Shown here: in pieces, positions 18,362-20,286 of the stretch
Layout: the number at the start of each line of letters is the position of its first letter
How positions within the stretch are numbered: position 1 is the first letter of the stretch
NCBI GenBank assembly: GCA_964247135.1
Contig: CAXTTL010000071.1
Span: 1-20,286 of the forward strand
Origin: an uncultured Deinococcales bacterium
GTDB taxonomy: Bacteria; Deinococcota; Deinococci; Deinococcales; JAAFIG01
Length of the DNA stretch: 20,286 nucleotides
Direction of reading: 5' to 3'
The notes under the pieces: model-generated
Told to the model about the DNA's origin: nothing
Seen by the model: the letters and a program-made list of their open reading frames with translations, nothing else
Databases searched by the model: none
Position numbers and translations under genes: made by a program

Positions 18362-19102
18362 CTACTCGCCAATGGCTATCTGCTCCAAAAATTCGAGTGT
18401 CAATCTGTTAAATTCCGTACTGCGGTCAAACATCAAATTGTGCCCAGCGCCAGGAATCATTTCGAGTGTGGAATTGACCAGACCGCGTTGAAGTTCATTC
18501 GCCATCTCGAGTGTGACCAGCAAATCCCTCGAGCCGTGCAACAACAACGTTGGTGTGGTGACTCGAGCTAAAATGGATGTTGGATTGTCGCGCGTTAAAG
18601 CCTGAGCCGCCGACCACAGATTGAATAAACCAGCCTGAAAACCATCGGAGAGCACCGTGGGAATAAATTCGTAGGCGCCCATGAACGAGGCTGGAATCAA
18701 CCAAGCCACGCTGTTCAGCACAGGACGGTTGACAAAAGCGCTCGAGGCTGCCAGCACCAGACCAGAAAAACAATTCGGCTCGAGTGCTGCCGCGTGCAAG
18801 CTTGCGTGGGCGCCCATCGAATGCCCAATCAACACGCAACCCTCAAGCTCTGAAGCCTTGACAAATTCGAGGATCAGGGCGCCCAAGGCGGGTAAGTCCA
18901 AAATTTTTTGTGCTCGAGCCGTACCAAAACCAGGAAGCTCGAGCACAAAGACGCGGTACTCTTTTTTGAACGCAGGAATATTTCTTGACCACCAACGCTT
19001 AGAACCACTCAGACCATGCACCAAAACAACATCGCCCTTGGCATTTTCTGAACCGTAAATATCGTACTCGAGCCATGCCGAAGAACCTTGAAAAACTGCC
19101 AC
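18362..19102 (-). CDS. Alpha/beta-fold hydrolase
   Basis: VLVHG, ELPGFG, GHSMG nucleophile elbow, GSRD acid, GAGH histidine. Confidence 0.93.
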   Translation of the reverse strand: MAVFQGSSAWLEYDIYGSENAKGDVVLVHGLSGSKRWWSRNIPAFKKEYRVFVLELPGFGTARAQKILDLPALGALILEFVKASELEGCVLIGHSMGAHASLHAAALEPNCFSGLVLAASSAFVNRPVLNSVAWLIPASFMGAYEFIPTVLSDGFQAGLFNLWSAAQALTRDNPTSILARVTTPTLLLHGSRDLLVTLEMANELQRGLVNSTLEMIPGAGHNLMFDRSTEFNRLTLEFLEQIAIGE

Positions 19103-19154
19103 AGTGCAATCATAACGCTTGTGCTCAGCTTAACTTTGGGTGTAACCTTGCCAC

Positions 19155-19260
19155 GGTCATCGGGGGAGCAACGCCAGACTCGAGAAAACGAGCATCTGAC
19201 CGCGCTGAGAATTAAACCCCAAGAACCTGACCCGGGTAATGCCGGCGTAGGGAGTGTGAC
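19155..19260 (+). promoter_or_regulatory. TPP riboswitch (THI element)
   Basis: GGGGAGC...GCTGAGA...ACCC..AGAACCTGA.CCGGGTAATGCCGGCGTAGGGA consensus directly upstream of a thiamine-binding protein gene. Confidence 0.96.
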
Positions 19261-19324
19261 GTGCAAAAACAATTTGCCACTCGAGCTGCTTTCTCAGGTT
19301 CTCCTTTCGACCAAAAGGGGAAAT

Positions 19325-20286
19325 ATGCGTAAACGTATTGCAGGTTTTGCTTTGCTAACGGCGTTCGGAATCACCACTTTGGCTTTTGGGGCAAACTCGA
19401 GTTTGACCATTGTCACGCACGATTCGTTTGATCTGGACAAGAAACTCGTGCAAGCTTTTGAAGCCAATAACAACGTTGACCTGAAATTCATCAAAGCCGG
19501 CGACGCGGGCGCGATGCTCTCCAAGCTCGTGCTCTCCAAAGCCAACCCAATCGCCGACGTTGCCTTCGGCGTGGACAATGCGCTGCTCGAGCGTGCCAAA
19601 CGCGAAGATGTCTTCCAGGTTTTTAAGCCCAAAACCGCCAAAGACCTCAACGCTAGGTACTTTTTTGACCCGACCTGGCACGTCACGCCCGTTGATTACG
19701 GTTTTGTATCGCTGAATTATGACAAAGCCTGGTTTGAAAAGAACAAACTCGAGCTTCCCAAAACCCTGTCCGACCTGACCAAACCCGCTTACAAGGGCTT
19801 GCTGGTCGTTGAAAACCCAAGCGCCTCGAGCACCGGAAACGCGTTCTTGCTGGCGACCATCAAAACCTTTGGCGAGACGGGCGCACTTAAATTCTGGAAA
19901 GCCTTGCGCGGGAATGATCTGAAAGTTGCCGCAGGTTGGGACGGCGCGTATTATACCGAATTCAGCCTCAACGGCGGCGCTCGCCCGATTGTGGTTTCAT
20001 ACGCCTCGAGTCCAGCCGCCGAAGTGTTCTACGCCAAAGACAAACCCAGCACCGCCCCCACCGCAAATTTATTGCTCCCAGGCTCGAGCTTCTTGCAAAT
20101 TGAAGGCGTGGGCATTCTGAAAGGCACGAAAAACCTTACGCTGGCACAAAAATTTGTTGAATTCATGGTGTCCAAAGAAGTGCAAGCCGACATTCCAACC
20201 CGCATGTGGATTTACCCCGTCAACAAAAACGTTGCGTTGCCCGAGATTTTCTCGTTCGCCACGATTCCAACACTTAAACAAATCTC
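19325..20286 (+). CDS. thiB: Thiamine ABC transporter substrate-binding protein (3' end lies beyond the window)
   Basis: My translation from the ATG at 19325: signal peptide, LTIVTHDSF, GDAGAMLSKL.L.K.NP.ADVAFGVDN, PVDYG, SSTG..F, VVSYASSP..E, QIEG; downstream of the TPP riboswitch. Confidence 0.93.
   Translation, partial: MRKRIAGFALLTAFGITTLAFGANSSLTIVTHDSFDLDKKLVQAFEANNNVDLKFIKAGDAGAMLSKLVLSKANPIADVAFGVDNALLERAKREDVFQVFKPKTAKDLNARYFFDPTWHVTPVDYGFVSLNYDKAWFEKNKLELPKTLSDLTKPAYKGLLVVENPSASSTGNAFLLATIKTFGETGALKFWKALRGNDLKVAAGWDGAYYTEFSLNGGARPIVVSYASSPAAEVFYAKDKPSTAPTANLLLPGSSFLQIEGVGILKGTKNLTLAQKFVEFMVSKEVQADIPTRMWIYPVNKNVALPEIFSFATIPTLKQI

Noticed and set aside
1-20286. CRISPR array, IS/prophage, tRNA/rRNA, and the remaining overlapping ORFs in the track
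   Set aside because: No regularly spaced repeats, transposase or integrase motifs, or RNA-gene signatures were seen; the other ORFs are antisense or alternate-frame shadows of well-supported genes.

Overview
Housekeeping chromosomal region from a Deinococcota bacterium, probably Deinococcales; the assignment rests on a Nqo15 homologue, a Deinococcus-like UvrC and many TANNNT boxes directly before start codons. Genes in order: hypothetical, nqo15, membrane GGDEF cyclase, uvrC, AT-rich DUF3592-like gene, trxA, an uncalled 53-aa membrane ORF coupled to hpt, PaaI thioesterase, molybdopterin oxidoreductase, yhhQ, SAM methyltransferase, PLP aminotransferase, small outer-membrane beta-barrel, fadD, single-domain response regulator, class A PBP, secreted thioredoxin-fold protein, threonine ammonia-lyase, alpha/beta hydrolase, TPP riboswitch and thiB (runs off the end). 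No mobile element, CRISPR, rRNA or tRNA was seen. The main unexplained signal is the palindrome CTCGAG: about 138 copies by hand count against about 5 expected. It occurs in all three reading frames and in intergenic DNA, like the cyanobacterial HIP1 repeat, and is absent from the AT-rich gene.
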